Assembly (NCBI GenBank): GCA_009838625.1
Contig: VXRG01000039.1
Span: 401 to 64,400, forward strand
Direction: 5' to 3'
From: Caldilineaceae bacterium SB0664_bin_27
GTDB taxonomy: Bacteria; Chloroflexota; Anaerolineae; Caldilineales; Caldilineaceae
Length of the DNA: 64,000 bases
In this document: positions 55,713-64,000 of the stretch, piece by piece
Position numbering within the stretch: position 1 is the first letter of the stretch
Layout of the letters: each line of letters starts with the position of its first letter
Program-made: the position numbers and the translations under genes
Notes under the pieces: generated by a model
Databases searched by the model: none
Seen by the model: only the letters and a program-made list of their open reading frames with translations
What the model was told of the DNA's origin: nothing

Positions 55713-56804
55713 ATGAACATAGAACTCGTAGCCTACTCCCAAGCCAATCCCGCCCTCGATCCCGCCGACCTGCTCGAAATGAGCGATCTGGCAACCATCT
55801 GGAACGGGGCCAGCACCTATCCCGAAAACGTGATCGAGTATGCCGGCCGAGTCTGCTATCGCAGTACGCACCGCATGGGCACTGCGCCGCGGTTTATCAT
55901 CAATCGGGTCAAAGAAGGACATGAGGATATCATCGAGCACATAGTGGCCACTGTGCGCGTGCGCAACAGCGAAGAGCCGCTCCGTTGGCGCATGCTTAAC
56001 CGCCACTGCGAGGTGACGCAGGAGGCCGACGGCAGCTGGCTCGTCAGCGCCAACACGCGCGTCTGGCTGGATTTCTTCCGCCGAGGGATCGGACTGCAAG
56101 CGATGCCGTTTCTGCAAGCGATCGCGCCCAAAGTCTACGCCGAATTTGCCGCCGACATCCCAAGCGGCAACGGCGCGCAGGCTCCAGAATCTTCTGCCGT
56201 TTCGCCGCTGCCATCCATGCCCAATCGCAATCTAGATCTGTCATGCTTGCACCCGCGTGAAGAAGGCTCTCTGCGGGTGACGCTCCTCGCCTTCACCCAG
56301 CCCGGCATCGACGACGCCGACGCCCAACTCCACCATGGCTCGGCCACATTTTTCTTCGAAGGGATCAGCCGCGCCTGTACCCACCAGTTGGTGCGCCACC
56401 GCTTGGCCAGCTTCAGTCAGGAGAGCCAGAGGTACGTGGGATTAGATAAAGGCGAGTGGAGCGCGGTTGTTCCCCCGGCCATTCAAGGAAGTGAAGAAGC
56501 CCAGGCTAAACTAAGTGAAGCTTGGGACTACCTCCAGCAAACCTATCAGGAGTTACGGGAGATGGGAATTCGCAAAGAGGACGCCCGTTTTCTCCTGCCC
56601 AACGCCGCCGAGACCCGCATCGTCACCAGCATGAACTTCGCCGCCTGGAGCCACTTCCTCTGGCTGCGCGCCGTCGACAAAGCCGCCCAGTGGGAGATTC
56701 GCCGCCTCGGCCAGCTCGTGCTGGAGATGCTCTACACCGTCGCTCCCGCCGTCTTCCAGGAACACTGGAACGTATACCGGGAGAAGTTCCCCGCGTCCAG
56801 GTAA
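55713..56804 (+). CDS. thyX: FAD-dependent thymidylate synthase ThyX with about 200-aa N-terminal ThyX-like extension
   Basis: ThyX motif [14 protein letters not shown] preceded by [14 protein letters not shown]. The N-terminal part contains a second GHEDIIEH block but no RHR motif. Confidence 0.8.
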   Translation: MNIELVAYSQANPALDPADLLEMSDLATIWNGASTYPENVIEYAGRVCYRSTHRMGTAPRFIINRVKEGHEDIIEHIVATVRVRNSEEPLRWRMLNRHCEVTQEADGSWLVSANTRVWLDFFRRGIGLQAMPFLQAIAPKVYAEFAADIPSGNGAQAPESSAVSPLPSMPNRNLDLSCLHPREEGSLRVTLLAFTQPGIDDADAQLHHGSATFFFEGISRACTHQLVRHRLASFSQESQRYVGLDKGEWSAVVPPAIQGSEEAQAKLSEAWDYLQQTYQELREMGIRKEDARFLLPNAAETRIVTSMNFAAWSHFLWLRAVDKAAQWEIRRLGQLVLEMLYTVAPAVFQEHWNVYREKFPASR

Positions 56805-56823
56805 CCGCGCCGGACAGCTGCCA

Positions 56824-58143
56824 GTGACCCCTGCCGATGATCCCCTGCCCGCAAGGAGCGCGTTGACAGTGTTCGATCGTTTTCACAACCGTAACGCGCG
56901 CGTTGCCGTCGTCGGGCTCGGCTACGTGGGCCTGCCTTTGGCCGTCGCCCTGGCCGCATCCGGATACGAAGTCGTCGGCATCGACCTGGACCCGGCCAAA
57001 ATCGAAGCCCTCCGTGAGGGACGCTCCTACATCGCCGACGTTGCCGACGCCGACTTGACAGCCCAGGCGTCCCGTCTGCGCGCGACAGAAGACTACGCCA
57101 CTCTCAGCCAGTGCGATGCGGTTTCTATCTGCCTGCCCACACCGCTCGACAGTAAGGGACAGCCGGACGTTTCCTCTATTCTCGCCTGCGGCCGGGAGAT
57201 CGCACGCTATCTTCATCCGGGCCTGGTCGTTATCCTCGAGTCCACCTCCTATCCCGGCACCACAACCGAACTGCTGCTGCCCCTCCTCGAAGCCGCCGCC
57301 CAACCGCACGGATGGCGCGTGGGAGAGCAGTTTTTTGTGGCCTTTTCGCCCGAGCGCGTAGACCCCGGACGCACCGACTGGACCATCAAGACTACGCCCA
57401 AAATCGTAGCCGGCGTGACCGAGAACTGCCTTGCAGCAGTGCACGCTTACTACGGACAGGTCTTCGATGCGCTTGTGCCCGTCTCTTCGCCGTCCGCCGC
57501 GGAGATGGCCAAACTGTTCGAAAACACCTATCGCTTCATCAACATTTCTTTAGTCAATGAACTGCTGCTAATGTGCGACAGATTGGGGTTGGACTGCTGG
57601 GAGGTACTGGAGGCGGCCGAAACCAAACCTTTCGGTTTTACCAGGTTCACGCCGGGGCCAGGGGTTGGAGGCCCTTGTATTCCCGTCGACCCCCATTTTC
57701 TTGCCTGGAAAATGAGGTCGATCAATGCTACTGCCCGCTTCATCGAGCTGGCCGGCCAGATCAACGCCGAAATGCCGCGCTATTGGGTGCAGAAGGTTCA
57801 GGATGCGCTCAACGATGCCGGCAAGGCTGTGAGAGGCAGCCGCGTCCTGGTACTGGGCGCCGCCTATAAGCCCGACGTCGCCGATGCGCGCGAGTCGCCG
57901 GCACTCGATATCCTGCAACGCCTCCTCCAAAAGGGCGCGCAGGTAAGGTACCACGACCCATACATTCTGTCTCTGGCGAAAATGGGAGTTCCTCTTACCG
58001 CGGTCACCGAACTTGAAGAAGAGGTTCAGAAAGCCGACTGTGTGGTGATCGCCACGGCCCACAGTGTTTACGACTGGTCATCGATCGCGCACGGCGCGGC
58101 TATTCTGGTCGATACACGCTTCATGGTGAAGCGCGGCTCGTGA
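56824..58143 (+). CDS. nucleotide-sugar dehydrogenase (UDP-glucose / UDP-ManNAc dehydrogenase family)
   Basis: VAVVGLGYVGLPLAVALA Rossmann fold, FSPERVDPG, GGPCIPVDP (catalytic Cys), YKPDVADARESPA. GTG start at 56824, or GTG at 56869. Confidence 0.85.
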   Translation: MTPADDPLPARSALTVFDRFHNRNARVAVVGLGYVGLPLAVALAASGYEVVGIDLDPAKIEALREGRSYIADVADADLTAQASRLRATEDYATLSQCDAVSICLPTPLDSKGQPDVSSILACGREIARYLHPGLVVILESTSYPGTTTELLLPLLEAAAQPHGWRVGEQFFVAFSPERVDPGRTDWTIKTTPKIVAGVTENCLAAVHAYYGQVFDALVPVSSPSAAEMAKLFENTYRFINISLVNELLLMCDRLGLDCWEVLEAAETKPFGFTRFTPGPGVGGPCIPVDPHFLAWKMRSINATARFIELAGQINAEMPRYWVQKVQDALNDAGKAVRGSRVLVLGAAYKPDVADARESPALDILQRLLQKGAQVRYHDPYILSLAKMGVPLTAVTELEEEVQKADCVVIATAHSVYDWSSIAHGAAILVDTRFMVKRGS

Positions 58144-58241
58144 GACACCACCATCCACTCTGCTTCACGAACCGCTGATCTCGGCACCGAGAACCACAGA
58201 TCAGAGTTTCCTGAATTGCGCCGGGTTTCCTCGCGCGTACT

Positions 58242-58712
58242 TTAGCGTTCACCCTTGTGCTGGCTACCCATCAGACGAGGTTGAATTCCATGTGCTCGCA
58301 AAATCTGACGGATAGTTTCCGCGGAGATTTGGTCTACGACTTCTTCGTCGATCAGGTGTTTGCGCAACCGCTGCAGCGACCACTGACTGAACGGCAATTT
58401 CAGTGAGGTCGGATCGGCAGAGGCGATTTCTACGATCGTCTGCCGTTGCGCCGCCGTAAACACAGGAGGGCGGCCGGGCGATTTTCCGCTGCGCAAACCA
58501 TCGAGGCCATGGCTATTGTAGCGATGGATCCACTTCCGCACATTGATCGGATGCAGATCGACTTCGCGGCTGATTTCCTGGACCTTATGGCCCTGAGCAG
58601 ACAGGAGGATGATCATCAGGCGTTGAATCGAAACGTCATTCTCCATACTCTGGATGATGCGTTCCAACTCTTCCCATTCTTCCTCCTCCAATTTTCGAAC
58701 GTAAAGTGCCAT
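58242..58712 (-). mobile_element. IS630-family transposase N-terminal HTH fragment (no DDE domain present)
   Basis: [44 protein letters not shown]...GRPP is the typical IS630/Tc1 ORF1 paired HTH. The region is AT-richer. No catalytic ORF and no inverted repeats were found. Confidence 0.6.
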
Positions 58713-58779
58713 GAATTGTCTCCATTTTTGTCCGCCGGCAACTGCCCGCCCGGATGAGGGTGGCGAACAAATCCCTTCC

Positions 58780-59082
58780 CTATAGTTGAAAAGTGCGGCT
58801 ATTGTCCTCTACAACCCTCTGATTGTAGTTTGTAACGTGCCTCAATAGTCTTCTGTGTAAATTCTCCCAGGTCTCGCTCTGCAGTACAGCCCGGAGCCTT
58901 TCCAGATCAGAGACTTCGCCAATCGTTAGCATTTGCGGGCCGTTTCCATAGATGGTATACCAAACTTCGGCGGGGTTGATTCCCAACCGCATGAGGCCCG
59001 GTGCATATTCGCGCATGACAAACTCAAAATAGGGTTGTTCATGGCCCATTTTGATGTCCCACTGCATCAACAGACGTACCAT
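58780..59082 (-). CDS. small hypothetical protein (about 100 aa)
   Basis: ORF in the AT-richer patch, divergent from the next gene. Start ambiguous (59082 or 59049). No recognisable motif. Confidence 0.35.
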   Translation of the reverse strand: MVRLLMQWDIKMGHEQPYFEFVMREYAPGLMRLGINPAEVWYTIYGNGPQMLTIGEVSDLERLRAVLQSETWENLHRRLLRHVTNYNQRVVEDNSRTFQL

Positions 59083-59161
59083 ATGCACTCTGACTGCGCC
59101 CAACAGAAGTGCGAGATCTCGACATGCAATCACCCTGCTCGACCAAGGGGTGAATCCATTT

Positions 59162-61291
59162 ATGCGCATGACATCATATCAAGAGTGCCCTAAGATCGCA
59201 ACTTTTCTTTGCCGGTTTTTAATTTGTATCTTTTGGTGTGCAATTTCCCTGTCCCACGCCCGCGACCCACTGTTGGCCGCGCCTCCGCCTGAGAATCGCC
59301 TCCCTGAACACCGACTCCAATCGGAATCTGCTGTTGCGTCACATCTTCTCCTGCAACCTGCCCTTGAGACATCGCTGGTTCTCCTTACCCACACGCTGGA
59401 CGTTCGCGTCGCAACCGCTGACGGCCGCTCGCTGACACTGCAAATCGAAGCCTCTTACCGCCTGCACAATGAAGAAGACGAGGCCATTTCAGCGACTCTG
59501 CTCGTCGTGCAGCCCGCAAGCGCAGTCGCCGTCGGGCGCCCCCTCCCCCGTAACATCGCCGTGACCCTCGATGGACAGCCGCTCGCCCTCCAATCCGCCG
59601 GTCAATCGGTGGGGCAGAGCGTTCAGGCAGCGTTTGACGCAGACGCCCGTCGGCGCCTCACGCTGCGCTACGATCTGCCACTTACCGCAACGCACACCTT
59701 CGACTTCCACTACCCAATTTCTGAGCTGGACTCCTGGCCCAGTGACATCAGTGGTTGGCGTGTAACGATCGATTTTGCCGGTATGGACCAGTGGCTGGCC
59801 CCCTCGAACAGTTGGCTGCAGATTTCCCCGCGCGGTTGGAAAATGCGCGCCAGCCAGTTGGAATGGCTGCGCGAGGAGCGGCCGCCCACGACAGACGTCC
59901 ACTTCCAGGCGCTGCATCCGCAATGGATTCGTGAGATTCAAGACGCCCAAAACGCTGTGCGCGCCCAAAACGATCTGGAATCCATGCAGAAGCTGGGCGA
60001 TCTGTACGCGCAACTGCATCAAGCCCCCGCTCTCCGCAACGCGTCTCGCGACCGCTTCTATGAACAGGCCCTGGCCGCCTACACGCAAGCGCTGCAGTTG
60101 GGCGAAGACCGAGTCCGGCCCGACACTGTTCTTGCCGCAGTGCGTTACCGGCTGGCAGCGCTCTATCGCAAGCGCGCAATTGCCTCTGATGGCTCCGTCG
60201 ATAGCGTCTACGTCGCGCTTATGGTGGCGGAAGCAGAAAAGGCTCTCCCGGCTACGCCGCAAGGGCCAGCCCGTACGGAGCTGCAAAGCTGGGTGGCCCA
60301 GGGTCTGCAGCAGCAGCTGCGGACGGCCCGCTTACAGGAAAACTGGCCTCAAGCCCTGCTGTTAACCGAAAGGTTGGCCCGTCTGCCCGCCGATATCGTC
60401 GATCCGGCCACCCTGGAAGACGAGCGCCGGGCCATCCTGCTGCACGAAGTTCTGCAGCAGTTGCAGGATGGCAATGAAGAGGCCGCAGTGAAGCTGGTAG
60501 GTAAAGAGTTTCTGACTGAGGAGACTCTGCCCCGACCGGAGTACCGCACACTTTTTGCCAATTGGCAGATTACAGTTACAGTGAACCGGAATGACATGGT
60601 CATCAGTGCCCTGGCACGCCCTATCTTCCAGAGGCGGGTTGACGCCGAGGCCGCACTGAACACTCTGCTGAATTCCTGGTCGACTTCCGGGGCGGCCAAA
60701 GCAGCACTGACTTTGGAAGCAAACGGGTTTCTCATCCAACTGGACCAACTCGACGCTGCCAAACGTCAGCTTCTGGCCAAGAATACGCCCCAACTGCCTG
60801 ACTGGGCGCTGTTGCGTAGCGTTTTGCTGACGACGGAACAGGAATCGCAGCAGGAGACCCAACTCCTGTGGCAGCGGACCACACAGGCGATCGATGTGGA
60901 CTTTCGTCCAGTCGGAGACCAGTGGCACAGTATGGCAGCTTCCCTGGACAGAGAGGCTGCCGCAGTGGAGGACGAAATCGCGTCTGCAACCGCGTTGAAT
61001 CGCGCTGAAACCGCCGCGTTGGAGATCCGTCAGTCTCTGCGAGCGGCCCAGCACCGGCTGGAAGCAGGCCGCTGGCGGCGGCTTGTCTCCGACAGCACTG
61101 TGCAGGTCGTGATGGGCGAACTACATGGCAACGCGTCCCCGCAGCGTGTGTGGCTGCTTGGGCTGACAGATCCGCCTCAGCGGCTGACGAACCACACAGA
61201 GAGCATAAGCGCAGTGCGGTTGTGGCTTGCCATCGCCCTGGCCGTCGTCCTCAGTTCTCTGTTCGCCGGTCTGCTGTGGCTATTGCTCTGA
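59162..61291 (+). CDS. secreted, C-terminally membrane-anchored protein of unknown function (beta-rich N-domain, helical/TPR-like middle)
   Basis: Signal-like FLCRFLICIFWCAISLSHA and C-terminal TM LWLAIALAVVLSSLFAGLLWLLL. Start preferred at ATG 59162. Confidence 0.55.
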   Translation: MRMTSYQECPKIATFLCRFLICIFWCAISLSHARDPLLAAPPPENRLPEHRLQSESAVASHLLLQPALETSLVLLTHTLDVRVATADGRSLTLQIEASYRLHNEEDEAISATLLVVQPASAVAVGRPLPRNIAVTLDGQPLALQSAGQSVGQSVQAAFDADARRRLTLRYDLPLTATHTFDFHYPISELDSWPSDISGWRVTIDFAGMDQWLAPSNSWLQISPRGWKMRASQLEWLREERPPTTDVHFQALHPQWIREIQDAQNAVRAQNDLESMQKLGDLYAQLHQAPALRNASRDRFYEQALAAYTQALQLGEDRVRPDTVLAAVRYRLAALYRKRAIASDGSVDSVYVALMVAEAEKALPATPQGPARTELQSWVAQGLQQQLRTARLQENWPQALLLTERLARLPADIVDPATLEDERRAILLHEVLQQLQDGNEEAAVKLVGKEFLTEETLPRPEYRTLFANWQITVTVNRNDMVISALARPIFQRRVDAEAALNTLLNSWSTSGAAKAALTLEANGFLIQLDQLDAAKRQLLAKNTPQLPDWALLRSVLLTTEQESQQETQLLWQRTTQAIDVDFRPVGDQWHSMAASLDREAAAVEDEIASATALNRAETAALEIRQSLRAAQHRLEAGRWRRLVSDSTVQVVMGELHGNASPQRVWLLGLTDPPQRLTNHTESISAVRLWLAIALAVVLSSLFAGLLWLLL

Positions 61292-61401
61292 TGCATAAAT
61301 CGTGATTGATCTTTTTGCCTGATTGTCAGGCCGAGTTAGGCTGCCGTTTCGTTACATGAACACGGCTGTCGGTCGCCGCCTGGCAACCGGAAAACTTGAA
61401 T

Positions 61402-63978
61402 ATGCGAGACCAAAGTAGGAACCCACTTCGCTCAACTGTACCAGGAATCGTGGAACCTGTTGCCGATACCGGCATTTCGGAGTACGACCTCGACGCGGCT
61501 GAGGAATCTGCCTCTACTCTGGTGGCCGCGCGCGATGAATCGGACGACCAGACCCAAGAACGCGTTGCCTATTTCCGCGAAGGGCGGGCAATCACACTGC
61601 TGTTGCTCGGCTTCATCTATCTCATCCTCGCACTCTCGCTCAGTAGTGCCGGCTGGACCGGCGCCATGAGCATGACCATGTTGATCGCTGTCGTTCTGGG
61701 CGCGCTCGCCATGGGTGCACTGATCTCTTTCAGCCGCTTTGACAGCTTCTTTATGCTTTCCCACAGCTTTGCGACCGGATTGGCCTGGGTGTTCTTCCTG
61801 ATGACCTTTCTCGTGGGGGACGAGCAGCGCGTGCAGGCATTCATGGAGAGGGGCATTCCCGTCCTGCAGGCCCGGGCCTATTTCCTTTTGGAGCGCTGGC
61901 TGGAGTGGATCGAAGCCGCCATAAACCGGCAGGCCAGCAACGACAACGTTGTCTTCATCTTTGAGATCGGTTTTCTCGTCTGGTGGCTCACCTATCTGGG
62001 CGTCTGGTCGGTCTTTCGGCACGGCCATGTTTGGCGCGGGGTGCTCATGGCCGGCATCGCCCTCCTCGTAAATACCCATTACGCACCCGTGTCGGTGATG
62101 GGGTTCCTCGTGGCATACTGCATGGTCGCCCTCCTGCTCCTCGCCTGGACCACTCTCGTCGACCATCGTCAGCGCTGGCGCTCACAGAGCATCTATTTCA
62201 GCGAAGATATCAATTTCGACTTCATGCGCTCCGGCTTCATGTACACAGCGGCCGTAATCGCCCTCGCATTCATCGCGCCCAATATGGGCCGCAGTCTCCC
62301 CTTCCACGACCTGCTCCAGCCCGTCAATCAGCGCTGGGAGGAGGCCATGCAGGAGTGGAATCGTCTCTATCAGGGCTTGAACCGGCAGACAAGGCCCGTC
62401 CAGACAGGTTTCGGCCGTACCTTGACCCTGGGCGGGGAACGCACTGTCAGCGAGCGACTGATTATGGAGGTGGAGGCTCCGACCGGCCGTTACTGGCGGG
62501 CCGTTGCTTTCGACCGCTTCACCGGCCGCCAGTGGATCAACACCGCCGAGGGTGAGACCACATACCGTTCCAACGATCCGATCCCAGCGGCGTTATGGTC
62601 CGCCCGCACGCCGGTCACACAGACCATCACCATCCGTATACCGACCGGGAATATTCTCCTTGCCATGCCGGATGTGGTGCAGGCCAGTATTCCCCTGGCA
62701 GCGCTTCAGCAGCCGCTTGCCTACGCCGACCTGGCCGATTCCGCTTCGACAGAACAGGCGGAATCCGAGTTGACATGGGCGCGCTCCAGAATCACGCTCG
62801 AGGCCGGCGAAAGCTATCAAGTGATCAGCAGCCAAACGACTGTCACTGTTCGGGAGCTGCGTGAAGCGGGTATCATCGACTATCCGGTACAGGCTCTTAA
62901 CCGCTACCTTCAACTTCCCGTCACTTTTTCACCCCGCGTCGCAGAGCTGGCCGAGCAGGTGATGGCCGACGAGACCACGACCTACGACAAAGTCAAGGCG
63001 TTGGAGCGACACTTGCGCACCTACGACTACGACGAAGGGATCGAGGCGCCTGCCTCAGATGAAGACCCGCTGGAGTACTTTCTCTTCGATATCCAGCGCG
63101 GCTACTGCGACTACTACGCTTCGGCCATGGCGGCCATGCTGCGAAGCCAGGGGATCCCCGCACGCGCCGCCAGCGGCTACGCCGAAGGAACTTACGACCC
63201 GGAAATCGGCACCTATCTGGTCACGGAACGGGACGCACATACCTGGGTCGAGGTCTACTTCCCGCCATTCGGCTGGATCGAGTTCGAGCCGACCTCAGGT
63301 GAAAGTATTCTCGATCGCCCTTCAGGAGCAGAGCTCCAGGATAGCGGCCTCATTCCCGGTATGGATGAAATCGCGGCCGAAGACGAGGATTTTCTCTTTG
63401 ATGACGCATTGGACTTCGAAGAAGAGTTTCCCCAGGACATCGCTGGACCCGTCACCGGCATCGGCGGACTCCCAACTCGCACTCCTGTCATTACAACCAG
63501 CTTCATCCTGGTCGTATTGACACTGATCGCTGGTGTTTGGCTTCTGCGGCGGCGCATGTACCAGGGTCCCAGAGCCTTTATGCAGGAACCCCAGATCTAC
63601 TACGAACGCCTGTTGAGCTGGACTGCACGGCTGAAGTCACCTCTGCGCTCGCGACGGACCCAAGATCTACCGAGCCCGCAGGAAGTCATGGCCCCGAGTC
63701 CGATCGCTAGCCAAATATCGCGGCGAACGCCCGCCGAACAGGCGTTGACTCCCTATGAACGAGAGGCGCTGCTGGCGGAAGATCTCCCCCAGGGCATCCC
63801 GTTTATCCGGCGCATCATCGAAATCTACGTCCAGTTCCGCTATGCCCCGCGACCGGAGCATCTTGAAGACGAGGTCCGGCACGAACTGAACCACAACTGG
63901 CGACGGCTTCGTCCTGTTCTGTTGAAGGCTTGGGTACGGCAAAGGCTCAACTGGCGCGCCTCTGCCGGAGGCAGCTAG
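61402..63978 (+). CDS. transglutaminase-like membrane protein (TgpA-like: multi-TM N-domain, TGase core, TM, DUF4129-like tail)
   Basis: Catalytic core GYCDYYASAMAAMLRSQGIPAR ... DAHTWVEVYFPPFGWIEFEPT. About six N-terminal TM helices. Confidence 0.8.
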   Translation: MRDQSRNPLRSTVPGIVEPVADTGISEYDLDAAEESASTLVAARDESDDQTQERVAYFREGRAITLLLLGFIYLILALSLSSAGWTGAMSMTMLIAVVLGALAMGALISFSRFDSFFMLSHSFATGLAWVFFLMTFLVGDEQRVQAFMERGIPVLQARAYFLLERWLEWIEAAINRQASNDNVVFIFEIGFLVWWLTYLGVWSVFRHGHVWRGVLMAGIALLVNTHYAPVSVMGFLVAYCMVALLLLAWTTLVDHRQRWRSQSIYFSEDINFDFMRSGFMYTAAVIALAFIAPNMGRSLPFHDLLQPVNQRWEEAMQEWNRLYQGLNRQTRPVQTGFGRTLTLGGERTVSERLIMEVEAPTGRYWRAVAFDRFTGRQWINTAEGETTYRSNDPIPAALWSARTPVTQTITIRIPTGNILLAMPDVVQASIPLAALQQPLAYADLADSASTEQAESELTWARSRITLEAGESYQVISSQTTVTVRELREAGIIDYPVQALNRYLQLPVTFSPRVAELAEQVMADETTTYDKVKALERHLRTYDYDEGIEAPASDEDPLEYFLFDIQRGYCDYYASAMAAMLRSQGIPARAASGYAEGTYDPEIGTYLVTERDAHTWVEVYFPPFGWIEFEPTSGESILDRPSGAELQDSGLIPGMDEIAAEDEDFLFDDALDFEEEFPQDIAGPVTGIGGLPTRTPVITTSFILVVLTLIAGVWLLRRRMYQGPRAFMQEPQIYYERLLSWTARLKSPLRSRRTQDLPSPQEVMAPSPIASQISRRTPAEQALTPYEREALLAEDLPQGIPFIRRIIEIYVQFRYAPRPEHLEDEVRHELNHNWRRLRPVLLKAWVRQRLNWRASAGGS

Positions 63979-64000
63979 AGGAATTGTCAATAGTGTCTTG

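Noticed and set aside
59051-59161. Upstream extension of the 746-aa ORF
   Set aside because: The extension overlaps the divergent small ORF and precedes the signal peptide by 37 non-hydrophobic residues. ATG 59162 gives a normal signal-peptide N-terminus.

Overview
High-GC bacterial chromosomal segment. The gene content (F420 cofactor genes, Uma2 and DUF1385 genes, GAF/PAS kinases, many lipobox-bearing solute-binding proteins) suggests a Chloroflexota-like organism; this is inference only. I support about 47 protein genes and no rRNA, tRNA or CRISPR array.

In order, the window contains:
- an F420 biosynthesis cluster (nitroreductase-like fragment, cofD, cofC)
- a frameshifted acyltransferase
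- a single-polypeptide sensor kinase fused to an OmpR-type regulator
- a CUT2-type sugar ABC transporter
- a membrane-anchored Cas4-like nuclease
- MaoC, MDR and M20 enzymes
- three secreted or membrane proteins of unknown function, one with six internal 2-TM repeats
- AddB/AddA
- a Uma2 nuclease
- meaB plus the B12-binding mutase subunit
- an acyl-CoA dehydrogenase
- comEA
- cysD and cysNC
- a tandem-DsbA lipoprotein
- a branched-chain amino-acid ABC transporter
- a more AT-rich VapC toxin module
- an extended ThyX
- a nucleotide-sugar dehydrogenase
- an IS630 HTH remnant
- a secreted protein plus a TgpA-like transglutaminase

The most unusual locus is 38184-47920. It holds three large co-directional genes. 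The first is a vWA/MIDAS ectodomain protein with a C-terminal TM and a disordered cytoplasmic tail. The second is a tubulin/FtsZ-like GTPase with intact T1 and T4 motifs. The third is a full-length paralog of the second that has lost the GTP-binding signature and gained a low-complexity insert and TM helices. I read this as a candidate uncharacterised transmembrane cytoskeletal or signalling module.

Most long antisense ORFs in the track are GC-driven shadows of real genes.
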